A stretch of 58,863 nucleotides of DNA, filler included, from Streblomastix strix (Eukaryota), in assembly GCA_008636045.1 (NCBI GenBank). It is 3 parts of 3 records of this genome, joined end to end, with 100 filler letters (N's around TTAATTAATTAA, not from the genome) between each part and the next. Parts side by side here need not be neighbours in the genome. Positions count along the whole stretch, not along the records: positions 39,335 to 58,863 come from SNRW01000507.1; 2 more parts are not named here. One strand, written 5' to 3'. The notes beneath the pieces are model-generated. The model had not been told where the DNA came from. It was given only the letters and a program-made list of their open reading frames with translations, and ran no database searches. The position numbers and the translations under genes are program-made. This document shows positions 53,144-58,863 of the stretch, in pieces. The number at the start of each line of letters is the position of its first letter. Positions within the stretch are counted from its first letter, which is position 1.

Positions 53144-56100
53144 TCATTCAAATGGATTGTTTTAAAATATTTAGTTTTTTTATTATTGTTATTAAAGTGG
53201 TTGTATTTGCGATTATTACTTCTATGATTCTTATTACGTTTTTGGCGATCTTTTCTATTTACTCATATCCTTAATCTATTATTCAAGTTGTTGTTATTTT
53301 TACCTTATATATATTTCATATTATTCTTGAGCTTCCTTTTGTAATTATTCATACGAAACGTCTTTTTGAATTATCTGTTATTGATACTATTAATCAGGTA
53401 AAGGTGATTAAATTTCCTGTTGTTTTAAATTTTATTAAGATGGAATGTTAAGAGAATTAAGGGAATTAAAAGAGGTATCAGATTTTGATTATGATTATTA
53501 TGATGAATCAATAAGAGATTGGGAAGGAGATTAAGGAAATTAATAATGCGAATAAGATTGTGAATTAGTATGAGGGGTATTTGAAGATTATGTTTATGAA
53601 TTAGACTGTGATGAATGTGTAGAAGATGATTAAGATAAAGATTATGTTTGAGAAATAGATGGAATTGTAAGAGAAGGTGATGAAATTTTAAGAGATGCGG
53701 TACTAACTGGTTTAACATTAGATAATAATGGCTGTTATTATTATGATTAAGAAGATGATGATTCATACTACTTTAAAGACTCTTATAATTATTTTTATGA
53801 TTATGGTTCTGAATTCAATTATGATGGTAATTATTATTTCGTTAAATTGTTTAATGTTTGATTTTATATCTAAGATTTTTGTTATTACTTTTATTATTAT
53901 AATTAGTATTATTAAGATTGAGATTTAAGAAATTATTTTTATTATAAAGTTAATGGTTTTTATTATATATCAGAAGCCTGGCCAATTGAAATTGATTAAG
54001 GTTTAGTATGGTACTCAAAATTATTTTCTTTATTATTATTTCCAATTTAAAATATTTATCTGTTTCCTTATAATTACAATTTCTGTTATTATTAATTTTC
54101 TCCATTTTCATCTTAAGCATAATTAATCATAGAATTATTTTTCTAACTTTATAATTAATGATTAATTAGACTTAATTAAGATTCCTAAGATAATGCTGAT
54201 AATAATTCATCTCTTTCTTTATCAAAGCTGTTATTATTTTTATTTTCAAATGAATTTTCTTACTTATTATTATTTGATTAACTATTATTTTCACTCAAAA
54301 TTTCACTGTCATTTTGGTTCAGAAGAAGCTTGGATGTTGGAAATTGCTTAATCAATTTTTAATTATTAATAACCTAATTTTTATTATTAATTATATTCAT
54401 TTAATTTTATATTCTATTCAAATGATTTAGACTGTTCATTTATTCTAAGTTTGATTTTCTTTATGAATTAATGTTATATTCACTGGCATCAGTAGATGAT
54501 TCATAATCGTCATCATCTAAAATACTAATGTCAATATTCTTCATATTTGGAGTTTGTCTATAATGTGACTAACCTTATATTAATAATGGTTAATGAACCG
54601 TGGGTGAATCAACTTGTGATTATGAAAGATGCTATGTAGAATTTGAATATTATTAAGAAGGTGGATTAAGTTGTAGGGTTTACTAATTAGGAGAGTTTAA
54701 TTAAGAAGTTTATTAAGAAGTAGAATTAGTCTAAGAATTAGATTAAGAAACTTATTAGATAGAAAAAGAAGTATTTTACGATTATTGAGGCATTGAAAGT
54801 GAAGATGAAGTTTTTTAACTTAAAATTTACAATGTGTTCATATTGTTACTGTCATTATTATTATCTTTGTTTGAACTTTTATTGATTTGTTAATGTTATT
54901 ATTGTTTATTATCAGTGTTCTTATTCTCTCATTCTAAATCTTTATTAAAAATGTGTTAATCAAGACTAGGATCAATTTATTAAGGGAAAAGTTAATTAGA
55001 TTATTAAGTATTTGAAGATGATTATGAAGGAGATAAAGAGAGTGATGTTGATGCAGTTGAATTTGAAGGCGGTGGTGAAGACTATAGATTAATAAGTTAG
55101 GAAGAATATGGTGCATCAGATGAAGAAGAAGATGAAGAAAGAGATTATTATATTGGTGAGGTTTTATTTTGGGATAATAAATTTGAATTCTAAGTTAAAT
55201 TTTATTCATTTGTCGTTATTGCTGTTAAATCCTTTGAAAATTATAATTATTATTTTTCTAATGAGGAAGGAGAATATTATTAGGAACTTGGAGATTCAAT
55301 AGTAAATAACTAATTTTATGTTATTGGTGAAGAAAATTATTTATTTAACATAATTTTATTTTTCGGCGTTAATTATTGCAATTGAAGAACACGATCTTTT
55401 TATTACTAATGTTGTAATTGCAATTACTGTAATTGAGACCAAGGTTCAGGATTTGGAAACAAAGAGGAAGTAATATTAGAAAATTGTTACTGTACTTATT
55501 ATTGCACTTGTCTTTTTAACAACATTTTTTATTTATGTTAAATTGATGGAGAAATAGCCTAGTATTTCTATACTGGAGAATGAGAGGGTGAAAAAGTACT
55601 TTATTAATAAACTTGCGATTATGAAGAAGTAATAGGAGATGATTAATTAGGAGATTATGAATGTAAATTAATTGAATTACGAGAATTTGGACTTGGAGTT
55701 CTTTATGAACGAGGTGGTTTATCTGAATGAATAGCAGTTTAATTGTTTTATTATTAATCATTATTCAATTATTCTTATTTTATCATTTGTCCATTCTCCA
55801 TTTCTGATCCATTATTATTTTAGTCTTTATCCTTTTCTTATTTCTAACTATCATATTATTTAGCATACTTTTATTAACTTGATAAAGATGTCAAAGTAGA
55901 ATATTTCTTCATTATTCTATCATTTATAGATCCATCTTTTCTTATTTTCGCTAAATCATTTATTTCACTGTTTAATTTCCTTATTTTTCTTTCTTTATTT
56001 GTTTCATCTTACTTTCCATCAATAATATTACTCACATCTTATTCTTAATATAATTAAGTCTATTTTTCTTTCTCTAAGTTTATTTTATCTTTATCACTCA

Positions 56101-58579
56101 TTCTCTCAATACCAGTTTTATTCTCTTTTCTAATTTCACTCTTAGAAGAAATAATTCTCTTGTCCTGCAATTCAATTTGTGATGATTAAGATTCATGTAT
56201 CTATTTTTCATTACCAGACTTTTATATTTATTCAATTTAGATTTAATTTTGCATTTTAATTTTATCAAAATGTGTAATTGTTTATGATTTTGGAAAATCT
56301 TATAGCATATTATTTTAGACATGTGTTTATTTATTATTTTAATATTATTATGGTAATGATGATTTATTTTTTTAAGATCCATTTTATTATTCATTTTATT
56401 AGTAATGATTATTTTATATTACTAATTTTTAATTTTGTTATAATAAATTATTGTTTTTATTATAATCTGAAGTTTATTTATCTGAATAACTATTAGATTA
56501 ATTCTAAGCAATTTTATCTGATTTATTTACATTTTAATCATTATTTCTTCTTTAATCTGATTCATAATTGAGTCTTTAGTTCATATCTTACAATGAATTT
56601 CTTTGATTATTTATAATAATTTCCTAATTTTCAAATATTGTTGAAATTTATGGTGTATATAATCTTGTTTAATTTTATTATTTTTGTTTTAATGAAGATT
56701 TAATTTAATATTTATTTTATTCAATTATGTTATTATCTTCTTTATCTATTTCATTTTCATCATTATAATCTTTTTTAGAATCAGAAGCTGATAAAGAGTA
56801 AGTTTGCGATTATTCTTATGATAAACTAAATGATTAATCTGTAGAGTGCGTTTATGCGCCAGATTATGAAGAAGAAGATCCTGTTTTAATTATTGAAGAT
56901 TAAGATGAAGGTGTTTATGTATATGATTAAGTTTGTGATTAAGATTGTGATTAAGATTATGATTGAGATTGTGATTATGATTATGATTATGATTATGATT
57001 AAGATTAAGACAAAGATTAAGATTAAGATTATGAAAGCTAATCATTCGTATTTTCATCATCTCTATCTTATTATTACTATTACATATTTCTTTAATTGTT
57101 TCTATGATATTCTTGAAGTTCTTTTTTTCCTTCTCCATCATCTATGTTTTCATTCAAATATTAATGAATCTATTCATCTTCATCTACGTCTTTTATTTTA
57201 ATATCTTTTAAAGTGTATTAACTATTATATTATTAACCGTCAAAATCAACTATCTTATTTATATCTATATATTCTTAACTATTATTATTATTTTCTATTT
57301 CCATCATATTATTATTATTTTGATTCTTATTATAATTTACTAAATTAACAATCATATCTTATGTAATTATGCTATTTAATTAGCCAATTTCTTGTAATTG
57401 CAACTAATTTTAATTGTCTCGTATTGTTCTTAAATTAATAGGTCCATTATTTTGATAGATAAAATTATTTTATTTTTTGTTATCTCTTTCATCATAAAAT
57501 TAATTATTTAATTGTTATATAATATCATAACCTTGTTACACATTCAATTTTTCTAAATTGTGTAATGTATTTGATTTCTTTTCATTTTGTTGTAATAATT
57601 AAATGAAAGACTAAATAGATTAATTAGGAGATGGTTAAGCAGATGATGGAGGTTCAGATTATTGCCATGAAATTGATGAAGGCGTAGAATATTGATTTGA
57701 GGACGTTGGAGATGATGCTTATTGATTATAATCAGCTGAGTATAGTTATTATAATTATTTAAAATTAAGATTTTTTTGGAAGTTCTTTTGTTATGAAGTT
57801 TAAGGTTTTTATGAAATTGAAGTTAATAGACGATGTTGTTATTATATCATTGTTTATTCTCCTGGTGATAAATGTTGTTGTTCTTTCATATTCTCATTAT
57901 TTTAATCTCTATTATTTTATTTTTCACCTTATTTGTCCTAATCATTTCCATAATCATAGTCAATTCTTTTCTCAGGTAATGATTATTATATATTATTAAA
58001 AAATAATTGATCTTATTCTTATAATTTTAATTACTAATCATTTAGAAATTCTTAGTTTTATTCATTTTCCAATTCCTACTCATTGAAATATTATTGATTT
58101 TATTTTTCATCTACATTTGATAATTGAAGGGTTAACTATTATTCCTGAATTTATTAATAATTTTGTTAATAATTTTGTTAATGTTAATCAGCATTTTATT
58201 ATTAGATTTGTTCCTACTCATATTAGTCTTATTAATAATATTAATGTTACTATTATCCGTTCTTCTTCCAATTATACACAGATTATGATTTTCTTTTCAA
58301 TGATTTTTATTCATTGTTATTATTTGCATATATCCTTCCTTTATTTTACATATCTCCATTTCCAATCTAATCTCCGATTTCTTCTTCTTTGTTCTTATTC
58401 TTATACTGATTCTAAATTGCAGATGCTGACAGAGAAAATTATGCAATACGTGTAAAGAGGTCATCATCATTTTATTGTTCCTATTATTACTATATAATTT
58501 AATATTGTGATTATTATTAAATCTAAAGTTATTCTTCTTCTTAGTATTATTCTTCTTCTTAGTATTATTATTATTATTC

Positions 58580-58610
<31 letters not shown>

Positions 58611-58632
58611 GTTTATTATTATTATTATTAAG

Positions 58633-58671
<39 letters not shown>

Positions 58672-58863
58672 ATTATTAATATTATTATTATTATTAAGTT
58701 TATTATTATTATTAAGTTTATTATTATTATTAAGTTTATTATTATTATTATTAAGTTTATTATTATTATTAAGTTTATTATTATTATTAAGTTTATTATT
58801 ATTATTATTAAGTTTATTATTATTATTAAGTTTATTATTATTATTAAGTTTATTATTATTATT
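53144..58863 (-). CDS. Very long Gln-rich low-complexity protein, 5'-partial (>1900 aa)
   Basis: Same frame at both ends with TAR=Gln; ends ...QNNPFE-TGA at 53144. Confidence 0.75.
58565..58863 (-). repeat. (TAA)n-ACT microsatellite encoding poly-Gln/QQQT
   Basis: TTA triplets punctuated by AGT on the + strand, contiguous with the long minus-strand ORF. Confidence 0.85.

Noticed and set aside
58565..58863. Terminal repeat as a possible telomere
   Set aside because: Lacks a G-rich strand and is continuous with a poly-Gln reading frame.

Overview
A very AT-rich eukaryotic (protist) window. TAA/TAG encode Gln and TGA is the only stop (table 6), so the supplied standard-code ORF track is largely misleading. 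Together with the many short GT-AG introns, this best fits an oxymonad such as Streblomastix (inference). The window is three contigs joined by artificial N44-TTAATTAATTAA-N44 linkers, plus one scaffold gap. Contig 1 (1-19582) holds a partial host helical-repeat gene, then a decayed endogenous Polinton-like/adintovirus-like DNA virus. The virus remnant carries an A32-type packaging ATPase, a phage-tail-fibre-like protein, a small adenovirus-pVI-like amphipathic peptide and a probable major capsid gene, and is followed by an internally deleted DIRS retroelement. Contig 2 (19683-39234) holds two divergent CK1-family kinases with very long low-complexity tails and a full-length but decayed DIRS element with 69-bp inverted termini. 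Contig 3 (39335-58863) holds host genes: a small membrane protein, AP-3 mu, a multipass RING-H2 ligase, transportin-1 and two low-complexity Gln-rich proteins. All calls come from manual translation and motif recognition; no searches were run.
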